A stretch of DNA of 64,000 nucleotides from Candidatus Omnitrophota bacterium (GCA_043803685.1 JAZDJU010000037.1:32001-96000), one strand, 5' to 3'; positions 42,357-55,715 are shown, counted from the first letter of the stretch. The notes: a model not told the origin generated them from the sequence alone. Numbers and translations are program-made.

Positions 42357-42439
42357 CGTATTTTGTAAGTCGTATATTGTATGTCGTTAAATGCTCTTTG
42401 ACCTTTTCACCGTATTTCGATATACGACATACGATTTAC
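42357..42439. repeat. heptamer tandem-repeat dyad (YGTAWRT-type)
   Basis: CGTATTT TGTAAGT CGTATAT TGTATGT ... ATATACG ACATACG ATTTAC between rpsG and fusA. Confidence 0.75.
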
Positions 42440-42445
42440 TTCCTT

Positions 42446-42913
42446 CTACCACCGATAATGCGCGAAAGCCCTATTCGCTTCCGCCATCTTGTGCATATCT
42501 TCCCGCTTCTTGATCGAAGGGCCCGTCTTATTAAAACCGTCGATGATCTCCTGCGCCAACTTTTCGTGCATAGGCTTTCCCTTGCGGTCACGGGAATAGC
42601 TGCGGATCCAACGAAGAGCTAGGGAGTAACCTCGATCTTCAGAAACGCTGACCGGCACCTGATACGTCGCCCCACCTACGCGCCGGGACTTTGTCTCCAG
42701 GAGAGGGCGCACATTATCTAACGCCGCGCGGAAAACTTCAAGAGGTTCTTTTGATGTTTTTTCTTTGACGATATCGAGGGCATCATACACGATTCTCTCG
42801 GCGGTGGACTTCTTGCCGCATTCCATCACGATGTTGATGAACTTAGCGATCAAGAGATCCCCGTAGCGCGGGTCCGGATCGATCAATCTTTTTTGAGCGC
42901 GTCTTCTTCTCAT
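42446..42913 (-). CDS. rpsG: 30S ribosomal protein S7
   Basis: [25 protein letters not shown]. Confidence 0.98.
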   Translation of the reverse strand: MRRRRAQKRLIDPDPRYGDLLIAKFINIVMECGKKSTAERIVYDALDIVKEKTSKEPLEVFRAALDNVRPLLETKSRRVGGATYQVPVSVSEDRGYSLALRWIRSYSRDRKGKPMHEKLAQEIIDGFNKTGPSIKKREDMHKMAEANRAFAHYRW

Positions 42914-43302
42914 GTTTTCTTAGCATCCTTTTTCGGGGTTTTCGCGCCGTACTTCGAACGCGATTTTTTGCGGTCCGCAACGCCGGAGGCATCCAGTTTC
43001 CCGCGAACAATATGATAACGAACGCCCGGAAGGTCCTTGACGCGACCGCCGCGCACGAGCACGATCGAGTGCTCCTGGAGGTTATGACCCACGCCCGGAA
43101 TGTATGCCGTCACTTCCTGCCCATTCGTCAGACGCACACGGGCGATCTTTCGGAGAGCCGAGTTCGGTTTTTTCGGAGTTTGGGTTCTGACGATCAAGCA
43201 CACGCCTTTGCGGAACGGAGAATTTTGCAATGCGGGTGACTTAGATTTTCCTTTAAACTTATTCCTTCCAAAACGGATCAACTGGTTGATGGTCGGCGCC
43301 AT
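42910..43302 (-). CDS. rpsL: 30S ribosomal protein S12
   Basis: [23 protein letters not shown]. Confidence 0.99.
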   Translation of the reverse strand: MAPTINQLIRFGRNKFKGKSKSPALQNSPFRKGVCLIVRTQTPKKPNSALRKIARVRLTNGQEVTAYIPGVGHNLQEHSIVLVRGGRVKDLPGVRYHIVRGKLDASGVADRKKSRSKYGAKTPKKDAKKT

Positions 43303-46300
43303 TATGAAATCTCCTTGGATGCGCTGGCTTCTTCGGCAGCTTTTTCTTTCTTCCCGGCGTCAGGGTCCGGCAAAACATCAGAAAGATCTTTGATGAGGTC
43401 AATATTATGGTGGATCTTGAAACCCGTTCCCGCGGGGATCAAATGCCCCATAATGACATTCTCTTTGAGCCCTTGCAAAAAGTCCCGCTTGCCGGCAGAA
43501 GCCGCTTCCGTGAGCACGCGCGTGGTTTCCTGAAAACTCGCGGCCGAAATAAAACTGTCTGTCGTAAGCGACGCCTTGGTGATCCCCAGAAGGATCGAGG
43601 TGCCTTTGGCGGGCTCCTTACCTTTCTTGATCATCTTGGCATTCTCTTCCGCAAACTTAAGTTTCTCGACATGCGAACCGACGAGGAATTCCGTATCTCC
43701 TGAATCCTCAATGCGAACCTTGCGGAGCATCTGGCGGACGATCGCCTCCACGTGCTTGTCGTTCAGTTTGACCCCTTGCAAACGATAGACTTCCTGAACT
43801 TCGTCCACGAGATACTGCTGCAGATTTCTTTCCCCCGAAACACGGAGGATATCCTGCAACACGACAGGACCGTCCACGAGTTGCTGGCCGGCGAGGACCC
43901 TGTCCCCCTTGTACACGTTCAAGTGCTTACCGTGAGGAATCAAATATTCCTTAGCCATACCGGTCGAGCTCTTCACGATGATCTTGCGTTGCCCCTTCAC
44001 GATCTCACCGATTTCCACCACACCATCGATCTCGGAAATAACGGCCGGATTCTTTGGCTTGCGGGCTTCAAAAAGTTCCGCAACACGTGGAAGACCGCCT
44101 GTGATATCGCGGGTCTTGGCGATCTTGCGCGGCGTTTTCGCGAGAAGCGTTCCGCCCGTGATCGCTTGTCCATCCTTCACCACAATGTGCGCCCCTGTCG
44201 GGATCGGATAGAACGCGATAATCTCGTCCTTATCCCCAACCAAAAGCAATTGCGGATGCATGTCTTCTTTGTGCTCGATGATCACGCGCTCGGTCAAACC
44301 GGTGGTCGCGTCGAGCTCTTCATTCATCGTAACGCCAGCTTTAATGTCCTCGAAACGAACCTTTCCGGAAACCTCGGTCAAAATCGGAACTGTATACGGG
44401 TCCCACTTCACAAAGATCTCACCCTTCTTGACCTTTTCCCCGTCTTTAAAATGGATAAACGCCCCGGTCGGGATCGTGTATCGTTCGAGCTCGCGACCCG
44501 TTGCGTCGTGAAGCGACAGTTGGCCGTTACGATTAAGCACGACAGTTTCGTTCGTTTTCGTGACGACCGTTTTCAAATTGTGGGACTGTAAAAAGCCTTC
44601 ATTGCGTGCGCGGTAATAGGACTGCTCGACCACACGTGACGCCGTTCCACCGATATGGAACGTACGCATGGTCAACTGAGTCCCGGGTTCGCCGATGGAC
44701 TGTGCGGCAATAATACCGACCGCGGTCCCATGCTCCACAAGACGGCGCGTCGCAAGATCCCGTCCGTAACATCTCGCGCAAATACCTTTTTGAGATTCAC
44801 AGCAAAGCACCGAGCGAACGCGGATCTTCTCGATCCCCGCGCCTTCGATCTTCTTGACAATGTTTTCATCAATGAGATCGCCAGACTTAACGATTACCTG
44901 GTCAGTGATAACGTCCACAACGTTGTCCAAAGCCACGCGCCCGAGGATCCGGTCGTACAGGGACACGATCACTTCTTCACCCTCGTACACAGGTTCCATC
45001 ACGATCCCGTTCAAGGTGCCGCAATCGTCCAAGCTAATAATCACATCTTGCGCCACATCCACCAAACGACGGGTCAAATACCCAGAGTCTGCCGTCTTAA
45101 GCGCGGTATCAGCCAAACCTTTACGCGCACCGTGAGTGGAGATGAAATACTCAAGCACAGTCAAACCTTCGCGGAAATTGGCAGTGATCGGGCTTTCGAT
45201 GATCTCACCGGAAGGCTTCGCCACCAGTCCGCGCATACCGGCCAACTGGCGAATCTGCTGTTTCGAGCCACGGGCACCAGAGTCGGCCATCATAAAAATT
45301 GGATTGAAAGCATCAAGCGCTTCAAACATCACGTCCGAAACGCGGTCGGTGGTATGCGTCCAGACGTCGATGACTTTGTTGTAACGTTCACCGTCGGTAA
45401 TGACGCCCTGCTTATACTGACTCTCAATGGCTTTCACTTCTTTGCGGGCTTCATTTAAAATGCCCTCTTTAGCATCAGGGATCTGAATATCATCGATCCC
45501 GATGGAAAGACCGGCCTTAGTCGCTTCCGCAAAACCGAGCGCTTTCAATCTATCGAGAAGCATCACAACAGCTTCATGTCCGAACGTGTTGTAACATTCC
45601 GCAATAATCTTGGAAAGCTTGCCCTTATTCACAATGTCGTTTACGTGACGGAACCCCTCGGGAAGCTCTTCGTTAAAAATAATGCGCCCCATGGTCGTTT
45701 CCACGATCTCGCCGGTCTCCAAGCGAAGTTTGCACTTCGCGTGTTTATGGATCTGCCCGTCCTGATAAGCGAGCATCGCCTCTTCCGCGTCGCTGAACGC
45801 CAGACCTTCTCCGAGAACCTTATCGCGAACTTTGGTCAAATAATAGATCCCGAGGACGATGTCCTGCGTCGGCGTCATGATCGGCTGTCCGCTCGCGGGC
45901 GAAAAAATATTATTGGCAGAGAGCATCAGAATTCGCGCTTCCATCACAGCCTCCATGGAAAGCGGCACGTGAACGGCCATCTGGTCACCGTCAAAGTCGG
46001 CGTTGAAGGCCGTACAAACGAGTGGATGAATGCGGATAGCGTTGCCTTCAATCAGCATGGGCTCGAAAGCCTGAATGCCCAAGCGATGGAGCGTCGGCGC
46101 GCGGTTCAGCATTACCGGATGTTCTTTAATCACTTCTTCCAAAATATCCCATACTTCGGGCTTCACGCGCTCAACCATTTTTTTCGCAGAGCGAATGGTA
46201 TGCACATGCCCGCGTTCCTTGAGCTTGCGGATAATGAACGGTTCGAAAAGTTCGAGCGCCATTTTCTTAGGCAACCCGCACTGGTGGAGCTTGAGCTCGG

Positions 46301-47351
46301 GACCGATCACGATGACGGAACGGCCGGAATAGTCCACGCGTTTTCCAAGAAGATTCTGACGGAAACGTCCCTGCTTTCCTTTGAGCATATCGCTCAAGGA
46401 CTTAAGCGGACGATTCCCTGCGCCAAGCACCGGCCGACCGTGACGACCATTATCAAAAAGGGCGTCCACAGCTTCCTGAAGCATGCGCTTTTCGTTGCGA
46501 ATGATGACATCCGGCGCCTTGAGCTCGAGAAGCTTACGCAGACGGTTATTCCGATTGATCACGCGGCGATAAAGATCGTTCAAATCGCTCGTCGCGAAAC
46601 GACCGCCATCCAGGGCCACCAACGGACGAAGATCGGGCGGAATCACAGGAATCACTCGCATGATCATCCATTCCGGATGATTGCCAGATTTATAAAAAGC
46701 TTCGACGATCTTGAGAATCTTGACGGCGCGAGCGCGGGACTGCTTGGACTTGGCGGCTTTGAGCTGACGATGATATTTCGCCGTCAGTTTATCCAACTCC
46801 AACTCCGACAAAAGCGTCTGGACGGCTTCGGCGCCCATTTGTGCCACAAAATTTTCTGGCCCATACTGCTCCTGCGCCTTCAAATATTCATCTTCCGTCA
46901 AAAGCTGCCGCGGCTTAAGCGGAGTCTGCTTCGGATCGAGCACGATATATTCTTCATAATAGAGAACTTTCTCAAGAGCACGCACGCTCAGATCGAGCAA
47001 GTTCCCAATACGCGACGGCATGGTCTTAAAGAACCAGATGTGAGAGACCGGCGTCACAAGATCGATATGGCCCATTCGCTCGCGACGAACCCGAGCTTGG
47101 GTAACTTCCACGCCGCAACGGTCGCAAACGATCCCCTTGTGCTTGATGCGCTTATACTTGCCGCAGGCACATTCATAATCTTTCGTGGGGCCAAAAATTC
47201 GCTCGCAAAAAAGACCGTCTTTTTCCGGCTTAAGCGTACGATAGTTGATCGTTTCAGGCTTCTTAACCTCGCCCCGGGACCATTTACGGATCGATTCGGG
47301 CGACGCTATGCGGATTGAAACAGAATCAAAAGTATTCACGTTGTAGTTCAT
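43302..47351 (-). CDS. rpoC: RNA polymerase beta-prime subunit
   Basis: [12 protein letters not shown] catalytic motif. Confidence 0.99.
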   Translation of the reverse strand: MNYNVNTFDSVSIRIASPESIRKWSRGEVKKPETINYRTLKPEKDGLFCERIFGPTKDYECACGKYKRIKHKGIVCDRCGVEVTQARVRRERMGHIDLVTPVSHIWFFKTMPSRIGNLLDLSVRALEKVLYYEEYIVLDPKQTPLKPRQLLTEDEYLKAQEQYGPENFVAQMGAEAVQTLLSELELDKLTAKYHRQLKAAKSKQSRARAVKILKIVEAFYKSGNHPEWMIMRVIPVIPPDLRPLVALDGGRFATSDLNDLYRRVINRNNRLRKLLELKAPDVIIRNEKRMLQEAVDALFDNGRHGRPVLGAGNRPLKSLSDMLKGKQGRFRQNLLGKRVDYSGRSVIVIGPELKLHQCGLPKKMALELFEPFIIRKLKERGHVHTIRSAKKMVERVKPEVWDILEEVIKEHPVMLNRAPTLHRLGIQAFEPMLIEGNAIRIHPLVCTAFNADFDGDQMAVHVPLSMEAVMEARILMLSANNIFSPASGQPIMTPTQDIVLGIYYLTKVRDKVLGEGLAFSDAEEAMLAYQDGQIHKHAKCKLRLETGEIVETTMGRIIFNEELPEGFRHVNDIVNKGKLSKIIAECYNTFGHEAVVMLLDRLKALGFAEATKAGLSIGIDDIQIPDAKEGILNEARKEVKAIESQYKQGVITDGERYNKVIDVWTHTTDRVSDVMFEALDAFNPIFMMADSGARGSKQQIRQLAGMRGLVAKPSGEIIESPITANFREGLTVLEYFISTHGARKGLADTALKTADSGYLTRRLVDVAQDVIISLDDCGTLNGIVMEPVYEGEEVIVSLYDRILGRVALDNVVDVITDQVIVKSGDLIDENIVKKIEGAGIEKIRVRSVLCCESQKGICARCYGRDLATRRLVEHGTAVGIIAAQSIGEPGTQLTMRTFHIGGTASRVVEQSYYRARNEGFLQSHNLKTVVTKTNETVVLNRNGQLSLHDATGRELERYTIPTGAFIHFKDGEKVKKGEIFVKWDPYTVPILTEVSGKVRFEDIKAGVTMNEELDATTGLTERVIIEHKEDMHPQLLLVGDKDEIIAFYPIPTGAHIVVKDGQAITGGTLLAKTPRKIAKTRDITGGLPRVAELFEARKPKNPAVISEIDGVVEIGEIVKGQRKIIVKSSTGMAKEYLIPHGKHLNVYKGDRVLAGQQLVDGPVVLQDILRVSGERNLQQYLVDEVQEVYRLQGVKLNDKHVEAIVRQMLRKVRIEDSGDTEFLVGSHVEKLKFAEENAKMIKKGKEPAKGTSILLGITKASLTTDSFISAASFQETTRVLTEAASAGKRDFLQGLKENVIMGHLIPAGTGFKIHHNIDLIKDLSDVLPDPDAGKKEKAAEEASASKEIS

Positions 47352-50300
47352 ACTTTCAGTTTCTCCCTGGCTTCTTCCTGTTTATCTTCCGCGGATTTTT
47401 CTTTAGATTCATCGCTCAACAATTTTCCTCCCGCATTGCGCTCGGGATCAATATCCAGACCGAGAGCCTGAAGCTCTTTCACGAGAACGTTGAACGACTC
47501 CGGCGTCCCGGCATGTAGCGCGGGTTCACCCTTCACGATTGCTTCATAGACTCGCGTTCTGCCGACCACGTCATCGCTTTTCACAGTCAGCAGTTCCTGC
47601 AAAGTGAAAGCTGCGCCATAAGCTTCGAGCGCCCACACTTCCATTTCTCCGAAACGCTGTCCGCCGAATTGCGCCTTACCACCGAGGGGCTGCTGCGTCA
47701 CGAGCGAATAAGGCCCGATCGAGCGAGCGTGGATCTTGTCATCCGCGAGATGCGCGAGCTTTAACATATAGATGTAACCCACCGTGATCTTTTCATCGAG
47801 CTTGTCGCCGGTGCGTCCATCGCAAAGCGTCGTCTTCCCATCGCCTGGGATCATGGCATCTTTCATGACCTGACGGATCTCTTCTTCGGTAGCGCCACTA
47901 AAAACTGGCGTTTCAACGTGAAATCCGAGGATCTTGGCCGCCCACCCCAAATGGGTCTCAAGGATCTGTCCGACGTTCATACGAGAAGGAACACCAAGCG
48001 GATTCAAAATGATTTCCACCGGCGTCCCGTCCTCAAGGAACGGCATATCTTCTTCTGGAAGCACTTTCGCGATCACACCCTTGTTCCCGTGACGACCCGC
48101 CATCTTATCGCCGACGGATATCTTGCGTTTCGAGCAGACATACACCACCACTTTTTTGATGACCCCTGGAGGCAATTCATCGCCTTTCCTCACGCGGTCA
48201 ATCTCGCGAGTCCGTTCGGCCACGAGCTCATCAATCTCATCTCCCCAAACCCGAGCAATCTTCTTAATGCTTTCTTCAAGGTCCGGATCCTCGTCGATGC
48301 GAAGGGAATCCCAGTCGCAACCGTCCAATTTCTTAAGATCCGCCTTGGAGATCACGTGTCCACTCTTGATAAGCACTTCGCCCAAAATATCGTCGAGCAG
48401 GTCTTCAGAAAGCCTTCTTCCGACCACCATGTCCGCGACTTTGTTCAGGCGTTCGCGCTTCAGAAGATCAATGCGTTCGTTATAACGCTCCTTGATCTCA
48501 TTGATGTCTTTATTTTCCTGACGCCGCTCTTCTTTGGTCTTAGCGGCCGATTCCTTGCGAGCAAACACCTTCACGTCCACCACGACACCTTCAACACCCG
48601 GCGGCACGGAAAGGGACGCATCACGCACATCGCCGGCTTTTTCGCCAAAGATCGCACGGAGAAGTTTTTCCTCGGGAGAAAGTTCGATCTCGGATTTCGG
48701 CGTGATCTTACCGACAAGAATATCGCCGGGCTTCACTTCCGCACCAATGCGAATCACACCTTCTTCATCAAGATCCTTAAGAGCCTCTTCGCTCACGTTG
48801 GGGATATCACGAGTGATCTCCTCATTCCCAAGTTTCGTGTCACGCGCTTCGATATCGAACTCTTCAATGTGAAGGGAAGTATAAACGTCTTCCTTGCAGA
48901 ACTTTTCGCTCACGATGATGGCGTCTTCAAAGTTATACCCGCGCCACGGCATGAACGCTACAAGCACGTTACGCCCGAGGGCGAGCTCGCCGCCCTGGGT
49001 CGCTGCACCGTCCGCGAGAATGTCCCCACGCTTGACCTTATCACCAATCTCAACCAAAGGACGTTGATTGATGCAAGTGCCCGCATTGGAACGCTTGAAT
49101 TTGCGAAGTTTGTACACGAAATCGTCTACGACAATCTCTTCGGAAGTAACTGATTTCACAGTCCCCCGGGACTTGGCCTGAACCACAGCTCCGGAATCCA
49201 TCGCGACATGACGCTCCATCCCGGTCCCCACATAAGGAGCCTGGGGAATGAGAAGCGGCACGGCCTGGCGCTGCATGTTCGAACCCATCAACGCGCGGTT
49301 CGCGTCGTCGTGCTCCAGGAACGGTATCAGGGCGGCAGCCACGCTCACGAGCTGGCGCGGCGACACGTCCATGTAATCGATCTCTTCGGGCTTCTTTTTC
49401 GGAAAATCTCCACGGGAACGGCACGACACCGCATCCTGCGTAAAATTCCCTTTGCTATCGAGCGTCGCGTTGGCCTGGGCGATCACATACTTGTCTTCAA
49501 CGTCCGCCGTAAGAAAATCGATCTGTTCCGTCACACGGCCCTTTACGACCTTGCGATAAGGACTCTCGAGGAATCCGATATCATTGACACGCGCGAAGGT
49601 GCTCAAGGACGAGATCAAACCAATGTTCGGACCTTCCGGCGTTTCGATTGGACAAACACGTCCGTAGTGCGAAGGATGTACGTCGCGGACTTCAAATCCC
49701 GCACGTTCGCGCGAAAGACCCCCGGGCCCGAGCGCGGAGAGACGCCGTTTGTGCGTCAGCTCTGCCAGAGGATTCGTTTGGTCCATAAACTGGGACAGCT
49801 GACTGCGACCGAAGAAATCCTTGATGGCCGCGGAGATAAGCTTCGGATTGATCAGATTGTGCGGCATCGCAGCTTCCAGGTCATAGATCGACATACGTTC
49901 CACGCAAGAACGCTTCATACGCGCAAGCCCTACGCGGAACTGGTTCTGCAAAAGCTCGCCCACAGAACGCACGCGGCGATTGCCCAAATGGTCAATATCA
50001 TCGATGCCCACTTCCCCAGAACGGAGCTTGAGAAGTTTGCCGATCACCTTCATGACGTCATCGGGTCGAAGCGTTGTGTTTTTCGTCTCCGCAGCGCTAG
50101 TGCCGAGGCCCAGCTTCTTATTGAGCATGAAGCGGCCGACATGACCGAGATCATAACGCTGGGGATCAAAGAAAAGCTTCTGGATCAAGTCCTTGGCGCT
50201 AGCCTCGGTCGGAGGATCGCCCGGACGAACGCGGCGGTAGATCGCAAGCTGCGCATCCTGGGAGTTACGGTAAGGATCCCGCTCAAGCGTGTTAACCAGA

Positions 50301-51142
50301 GAACGGTCTTCCTTGGGAAGCTTGACGATCGAAAAAGTCGTCACATCATTGGAGAGAAAAGTCGCAAGCACTTCTTTGGTCAGCTTGCTCGCAGCAGCCG
50401 CGATCAGTTCCTTGCTGGCCGGATGAAAAATATCTTCCGCAAGAATTTCGTCTTCGCAATCTTTCATCTTGGAACGGTCAAACCCGCGAATCTTTTCGAC
50501 AGGATAAAGCTCTTTGCAAATATCATAGGTCGAAGAATAACCCAACGCTCGCAGGAGCGCCGTCGCCAGGATCTTCCGGCGGCGATCGATATAAGCGTAC
50601 AGCACATCGTTCGCGTCAGACTCAAACTCGAGCCATGCGCCGCGATACGGAATGATGCGAACGCTAAACATCTTCTTGCCGCTGGGATGGAGACTTTCCT
50701 CAAGCGACATGCCCGGAGAACGGTGCAACTGACTGACAATAACACGCTCAGCCCCGTTGATAATGAACGTCCCGGTTTCGGTCATAAGCGGCAACTCGCC
50801 GATGTAAACTTCCTGCTCCTTCGCTATTCCCTTACGAACGAGCCGGAGCTTTACCTTGAGCGGCGCCGCATAAGTCATGCTTCGCTTCTGACACTCCGGA
50901 ATGGAATACTTCGGCTTTCCGAGAGAATACCCCTGATACTCGAGCCTGCACGTCCCGTCAAAACTTTCGATGGGAAAACAGTCCGCAAACGCCGCTTCGA
51001 GCCCCTGGCTCTTGCGACGACGGTTGGAACGGCCGCTTTGCAAGAATTCCTCATACGACTTGATCTGGATCTCGACCAAATTCGGAAGGTCCATGGTATC
51101 CTGGATCTTCGTGAAGCTTCTTCTCTTGATCAAAGGCAGCAT
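47348..51142 (-). CDS. rpoB: RNA polymerase beta subunit
   Basis: [34 protein letters not shown]. Confidence 0.99.
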   Translation of the reverse strand: MLPLIKRRSFTKIQDTMDLPNLVEIQIKSYEEFLQSGRSNRRRKSQGLEAAFADCFPIESFDGTCRLEYQGYSLGKPKYSIPECQKRSMTYAAPLKVKLRLVRKGIAKEQEVYIGELPLMTETGTFIINGAERVIVSQLHRSPGMSLEESLHPSGKKMFSVRIIPYRGAWLEFESDANDVLYAYIDRRRKILATALLRALGYSSTYDICKELYPVEKIRGFDRSKMKDCEDEILAEDIFHPASKELIAAAASKLTKEVLATFLSNDVTTFSIVKLPKEDRSLVNTLERDPYRNSQDAQLAIYRRVRPGDPPTEASAKDLIQKLFFDPQRYDLGHVGRFMLNKKLGLGTSAAETKNTTLRPDDVMKVIGKLLKLRSGEVGIDDIDHLGNRRVRSVGELLQNQFRVGLARMKRSCVERMSIYDLEAAMPHNLINPKLISAAIKDFFGRSQLSQFMDQTNPLAELTHKRRLSALGPGGLSRERAGFEVRDVHPSHYGRVCPIETPEGPNIGLISSLSTFARVNDIGFLESPYRKVVKGRVTEQIDFLTADVEDKYVIAQANATLDSKGNFTQDAVSCRSRGDFPKKKPEEIDYMDVSPRQLVSVAAALIPFLEHDDANRALMGSNMQRQAVPLLIPQAPYVGTGMERHVAMDSGAVVQAKSRGTVKSVTSEEIVVDDFVYKLRKFKRSNAGTCINQRPLVEIGDKVKRGDILADGAATQGGELALGRNVLVAFMPWRGYNFEDAIIVSEKFCKEDVYTSLHIEEFDIEARDTKLGNEEITRDIPNVSEEALKDLDEEGVIRIGAEVKPGDILVGKITPKSEIELSPEEKLLRAIFGEKAGDVRDASLSVPPGVEGVVVDVKVFARKESAAKTKEERRQENKDINEIKERYNERIDLLKRERLNKVADMVVGRRLSEDLLDDILGEVLIKSGHVISKADLKKLDGCDWDSLRIDEDPDLEESIKKIARVWGDEIDELVAERTREIDRVRKGDELPPGVIKKVVVYVCSKRKISVGDKMAGRHGNKGVIAKVLPEEDMPFLEDGTPVEIILNPLGVPSRMNVGQILETHLGWAAKILGFHVETPVFSGATEEEIRQVMKDAMIPGDGKTTLCDGRTGDKLDEKITVGYIYMLKLAHLADDKIHARSIGPYSLVTQQPLGGKAQFGGQRFGEMEVWALEAYGAAFTLQELLTVKSDDVVGRTRVYEAIVKGEPALHAGTPESFNVLVKELQALGLDIDPERNAGGKLLSDESKEKSAEDKQEEAREKLKV

Positions 51143-51198
51143 TATTTTTCGTCCTCCTTAAGGACAGCGTTCCTGATTCACCCGTTAATTGCGGGGTC

Positions 51199-51612
51199 TT
51201 ACTTGATCTCGACTTTTGCTCCCTGAGCTTCCAAAACCTTCTTGATCTTCTCGGCTTCTTCTTTGGTCACATCTTCCTTGACCGTCTTTGGAGCGCCTTC
51301 CACGAGATCCTTGGCTTCCTTCAGCCCGAGGCTCGTGACCGTGCGGATCTCCTTGATCACGTTGATCTTCTTGTCGCCGGCGCTGGCAAGAATGACCGTG
51401 AAGCTGGTCTTCTCTTCCGCCGCTGCCGCGCCGCCTGCCGCTGCTGCACCGCCGCCCGCGATGGCCATAGGGGCCGCAGCTGCCGCGCTCACGCCGAACT
51501 TCACTTCAAGCGCTTTGACAAGCTCTGCGAGCTCCAACACCGTTAACGTTTCGATCGAGGTGAGAATACTCTGTAATTTGTCGGAAAGTTTTACTTCGGT
51601 TGCTTCTGTCAT
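51199..51612 (-). CDS. rplL: 50S ribosomal protein L7/L12
   Basis: Ala-rich hinge, [11 protein letters not shown]. Confidence 0.98.
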   Translation of the reverse strand: MTEATEVKLSDKLQSILTSIETLTVLELAELVKALEVKFGVSAAAAAPMAIAGGGAAAAGGAAAAEEKTSFTVILASAGDKKINVIKEIRTVTSLGLKEAKDLVEGAPKTVKEDVTKEEAEKIKKVLEAQGAKVEIK

Positions 51613-51671
51613 GGCTGATGCCTCCTTGATTGAATTTCCTTTATCAGGACATTCGTTGTGTTCTGGCGTTC

Positions 51672-52205
51672 TTAGGACGCAGCGCCAGCGGCTGCTTTTT
51701 TCTTACGGACCTCTTCCAAAGCAACCACGAGATTGCGCGTGAGAGCTCCGAGGACGTTCGCGAAACCCTGGATCGGCGAGTTCATGCGCAGAACCAACTG
51801 CGTCAGGAGCTCTTTACGCGACGGGAGCTTCGCAAGCTGCTTGACGAAATCCTCGCCGTAGACCTGTCCTTCAAAGATCACCCCGGCGGGTTTCCACTTC
51901 TCATTCGTTTTGGAGAAATCAACGAGCCTCTTCGAAATCTCTTGCGGATCCTTGTCCCCGAAAGTGATGACGACGGAGCCATTGAGATATTTGTCGGCAC
52001 CCGCCACGTTGAACTGCGCAAAGATCTTGCGAGCCATCGCGTGCTTGACCATCAGCGAACGCCCGGAAACCTTTTCAAGACTTCTCCGCGCTTCCGAAGT
52101 GCTAAGGACTGAGATCCCGTTCAAATTGGAAATAAACGCATAAGGGCTCTTTTCGAACTCCTTAACGATCTCCTGGAACATCATTTTCTTTTCAAGTGAA
52201 GGCAT
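51672..52205 (-). CDS. rplJ: 50S ribosomal protein L10
   Basis: [11 protein letters not shown]; position between rplA and rplL. Confidence 0.93.
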   Translation of the reverse strand: MPSLEKKMMFQEIVKEFEKSPYAFISNLNGISVLSTSEARRSLEKVSGRSLMVKHAMARKIFAQFNVAGADKYLNGSVVITFGDKDPQEISKRLVDFSKTNEKWKPAGVIFEGQVYGEDFVKQLAKLPSRKELLTQLVLRMNSPIQGFANVLGALTRNLVVALEEVRKKKAAAGAAS

Positions 52206-52208
52206 GAC

Positions 52209-52895
52209 TTAGAGCGCTCCCGTATTCAGTTTAAGACCCGGACCGTGGGTCGTCGCGATATGAATGGCCCGGAGATATTCCCCTTTGCTCGTCGCGGGCT
52301 TGGAATCCTTTACGGCCTTGATCACCGTCCGCGCATTCTCCAAAAGAGCTTCTTCCGTGAAAGACAACTTGCCGCACACCGCGTGCAACCCCGCGGTTTT
52401 GTCGCTTTTAAATTCAATGCGGCCACCCTTGACTTCCTTGACCGCTTTCCCAACCTGCGGCGTTACGGTGCCGGTCTTCGGCGTCGGCATAAGACCCTTA
52501 GGCCCCAACACGCGTCCGAGTTTACTGACCTCACGCATCATATCCGGGTGCGCGACAACCACGTCAAAATCAAGAAATCCATTTTTCACTTTTTCAACGA
52601 GCTCTTCAGCGCCAACAAAATCCGCCCCGGCCGTCTCAGCGTCCCGTGCGCTTTCGCCCTTCGCAAAGCAAAGCACACGCAAGGAGCGTCCGCTTCCGTG
52701 AGGAAGACTCACCGTGCCGCGAACGTTTTCATCACCCTGCTCCGCGCGAACACCCAACTGAAAATTCAGCGAAATCGTCTCGTCCGCCTTGCTTTTTTCA
52801 ACTTTTTTCAGGATCTTCACGGCGTCCGGCAAAGAATAGATCTTGCCTTCCTCTACCAGCGTTGCTCTTTTCTGATACCGTTTGCTACTTTTCAT
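52209..52895 (-). CDS. rplA: 50S ribosomal protein L1
   Basis: VRGTVSLPHG, LGPKGLMP.PK.GTV. Confidence 0.98.
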   Translation of the reverse strand: MKSSKRYQKRATLVEEGKIYSLPDAVKILKKVEKSKADETISLNFQLGVRAEQGDENVRGTVSLPHGSGRSLRVLCFAKGESARDAETAGADFVGAEELVEKVKNGFLDFDVVVAHPDMMREVSKLGRVLGPKGLMPTPKTGTVTPQVGKAVKEVKGGRIEFKSDKTAGLHAVCGKLSFTEEALLENARTVIKAVKDSKPATSKGEYLRAIHIATTHGPGLKLNTGAL

Positions 52896-52909
52896 CTTTT
52901 ATCCCGTTC

Positions 52910-53341
52910 TTACTTTGATTTCACGACTTCGATGCCCATGCTGCGAGCCGCACCTTCGACGATGCGGGCCGCGCTTTCGATCTTGGTCGTATTGAGATCC
53001 ACCATTTTTTTGCGTGCGATTTCGAGAACCTGTTCGCGAGTGATCTTGCCGATGATCACACGTCCGGGCTCCGATGAAGCCTTCGCGAGTCCCACAGCCT
53101 TCTTGATCTCCGCCGCGACCGGCGGGGATTTCAGAATGAACGTAAAAGACTTGTCCTTGTAAACAGTGAGCACCGCCGGAAGGATCGTGCCCGGACGGTC
53201 TTTAGTACGCTCATTGAATTGCTTGCAGAACTCCATAATGTTAACGCCATGCTGGCCAAGCGCGGGGCCGATCGGCGGCGCGGGATTTGCTTGCCCGCCC
53301 GGAATTTGCAATTTGATTTTTGTTTTGATTTCTTTTGCCAT
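52910..53341 (-). CDS. rplK: 50S ribosomal protein L11
   Basis: [23 protein letters not shown]. Confidence 0.98.
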   Translation of the reverse strand: MAKEIKTKIKLQIPGGQANPAPPIGPALGQHGVNIMEFCKQFNERTKDRPGTILPAVLTVYKDKSFTFILKSPPVAAEIKKAVGLAKASSEPGRVIIGKITREQVLEIARKKMVDLNTTKIESAARIVEGAARSMGIEVVKSK

Positions 53342-53342
53342 T

Positions 53343-53876
53343 TTAGATTTTTTCCACTTGCCAGTATTCCAGCTCTACGGGTGTCGACCGACCGAAGATC
53401 GTTACCATCACGCGCATCTTGCCGCGGTCCGGATTGATCTGCTCGATCGTGCCGTTAAAATTAGCGAAAGAGCCCTCTTTCACACGAACGCTTTCGCCCT
53501 CTTCAAATTCAACTTTTGGCTTCGGCTTTGTTTGCTTCTCTTCCTGTTCACGGATGATCGCGCCGACCTCTTTTTCCGTGAGCGGGATCGGATTTTTTCC
53601 CGACCCGATAAACCCCGAGATCCCAGGAGTATTCCGGACCAGATACCAACTCTCGTCGGTCAACTCCATCTTGACCAGGATATAACCCGGAAAAAACTTC
53701 CGCTCCGTGATCCTTTTCTTTCCGCCCTTGACCTCGCTGATCTTCTCCAGAGGAATCAACACCTCATGGACCAAGTGCGACAGCCCTGCGGTCTCCGCAT
53801 GACTGATCAAACTCGCGCGTGCCTTTGTTTCCACGCCCGTCTGCGTATGAACCACATACCACTTTGCGTCGGCCAT
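53343..53876 (-). CDS. nusG: transcription termination/antitermination factor NusG
   Basis: [18 protein letters not shown]. Confidence 0.98.
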   Translation of the reverse strand: MADAKWYVVHTQTGVETKARASLISHAETAGLSHLVHEVLIPLEKISEVKGGKKRITERKFFPGYILVKMELTDESWYLVRNTPGISGFIGSGKNPIPLTEKEVGAIIREQEEKQTKPKPKVEFEEGESVRVKEGSFANFNGTIEQINPDRGKMRVMVTIFGRSTPVELEYWQVEKI

Positions 53877-53880
53877 AAAA

Positions 53881-54063
53881 TTAGCTGATCACTATCCGGA
53901 GAATATTCGAGATGCAAAAATCTACAAACGCGATAAATGCCGCCGTAAAGAATGTCACAACGATAACAACGACCGCCGCTTGCCACAACTCATTCCAGGT
54001 CGGCCAAGTGACCTTTTTGAGTTCCTGCTGCGTCTCTTTTAAAAAATTCGTCGCCTTCTCCAT
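53881..54063 (-). CDS. secE: preprotein translocase SecE
   Basis: ELKKVTWP plus one TM helix; start likely MEKAT. Confidence 0.95.
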   Translation of the reverse strand: MEKATNFLKETQQELKKVTWPTWNELWQAAVVVIVVTFFTAAFIAFVDFCISNILRIVIS

Positions 54064-54115
54064 ACCGAACATCCCTTTGTTATTTCGAGTTTCCGTCACC
54101 CCGCCCGCATCAAAA

Positions 54116-54189
54116 CAGGCCTGGCAGGACTCGAACCTGCAACATGCGGTTTTGGAGACCGCCGCTCTACCAATTGGAGCTACAGGCCT
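54116..54189 (-). tRNA. tRNA-Trp (CCA)
   Basis: AGGCCTG acceptor stem, anticodon arm GCGGT-CTCCAAA-ACCGC, GTTCGAG T-loop; 3' CCA not encoded. Confidence 0.96.
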
Positions 54190-54211
54190 CTATCCCGAGT
54201 GCTCCGAAAAA

Positions 54212-54361
54212 TTATTTTTTCTCCCGAAAAAGAACGCGCTTCCGACAACTCGGACAATATTTCTTCCGCTCGATCTTGTCCGGATTCTGCTTCTTGTTCT
54301 TCCGCGTCCAGTAAGTCGACTTATGCTCACAAGACGACACGAGGGAAATGATCTCTTGCAT
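54212..54361 (-). CDS. rpmG: 50S ribosomal protein L33
   Basis: hand translation MQEIISLVSSCEHKSTYWTRKNKKQNPDKIERKKYCPSCRKRVLFREKK; canonical position between tuf and tRNA-Trp. Confidence 0.93.
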   Translation of the reverse strand: MQEIISLVSSCEHKSTYWTRKNKKQNPDKIERKKYCPSCRKRVLFREKK

Positions 54362-54516
54362 CGGGATAAAACCTTTTCCTTTGTCTTAAAAAAACCGCGC
54401 CAAAGACACGGCTTTCGATATTTTATTTCGGCTTGCAAGGCTTCTTACGGCGAAAATAAACGCCTTACAGCCAGCAGGGCTTCGCCAAAAATGCTAGACT
54501 TGGGCCAACCGAGATG

Positions 54517-55715
54517 TTACGCGATGATCTCGCTGACAACGCCGGCACCGACCGTTTTTCCACCCTCACGGATGGCGAATCGGAGCTCTTTTTCCATTGC
54601 GACCGGCATGATCAGTTCCGCTTCGATTGCAACGTTATCGCCCGGCATGACCATCTCAACGCCGGCCGGCAAAGTCACGATCCCCGTAACATCGGTAGTG
54701 CGGAAATAAAACTGAGGCCGATACCCTTTGAAGAACGGCGTATGACGGCCGCCCTCCTCCTTGCTTAACACATAGATCTGCGCTTTGAACTTTTTGTGAG
54801 GGGTCACGGAGCCAGGCTTCGCGATAACCATCCCTCTTTCGATCTGATCCTTTTCAACGCCGCGCAAGAGAAGACCGACGTTATCGCCGGCACGCGCATC
54901 ATCAAGCAGCTTGCGGAACATTTCAACGCCCGTCACCGTGGTCTTCATCGCACCTTCTCGAAAACCGATGATCTCGGCATCATCTCCAACCTTGACCACG
55001 CCGCGCTCAATACGACCGGTGGCAACCGTTCCACGACCGGAGATGGAAAACACGTCTTCCACCGGCATCAAAAACGGCTTTTCAATATCACGCTTCGGCT
55101 CGGGATGGCTTCATCCAACGCCTTAACGAGATCCATAATGCACTTGTTGGCTTTTTCATCCGTAGGATTCTGGACCGCGGGAAGGCTGGAACCGCGAACG
55201 ATGGGAATCGTGTCACCCGGAAAATCGTATTTCTTAAGAAGATCCCGGACTTCCATCTCGACGAGGTCGAGAAGTTCGGTGTCTTCGACAAGGTCACATT
55301 TATTGAGGAACACCACAACCGCAGGCACACCGACCTGGCGGGCGAGCAGAATGTGCTCACGAGTCTGGGGCATCGGTCCATCCACGGCAGAAACGACCAG
55401 GACCGCACCGTCCATCTGCGCAGCGCCCGTGATCATGTTCTTGATGTAGTCTGCGTGTCCCGGGCAGTCGACGTGGGCATAATGGCGTTTTTCCGATTCA
55501 TACTCCACATGGGAGACCGCGATCGTTACGATCTTGGAATCGTCACGAACCGTTCCACCCTTGGCGATATCCGCATATTCACGAACCGTCGCCATCCCCT
55601 TCGCCGACAACACCTTCGTCAAAGCGCAGGTCAAAGTTGTTTTTCCGTGGTCCACGTGTCCGATCGTTCCGACGTTCACGTGAGGCTTGGTACGTTTAAA
55701 TTGCTCTTTTGCCAT
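54517..55715 (-). CDS. tuf: elongation factor Tu, split by a one-base deletion near 55102
   Basis: [21 protein letters not shown] in the first ORF; domains II/III in the second; one added base restores [15 protein letters not shown]. Confidence 0.96.

Noticed and set aside
49208..51226. Long plus-strand ORFs (672 aa here; also 45576-47318, 26299-28005, 10405-12135, 8800-10263)
   Set aside because: They lie antisense to well-supported genes and have no recognisable motifs; expected shadows of codon bias in GC-rich DNA.
54190..54438. 82-aa minus-strand ORF
   Set aside because: Alternative frame over the real rpmG.
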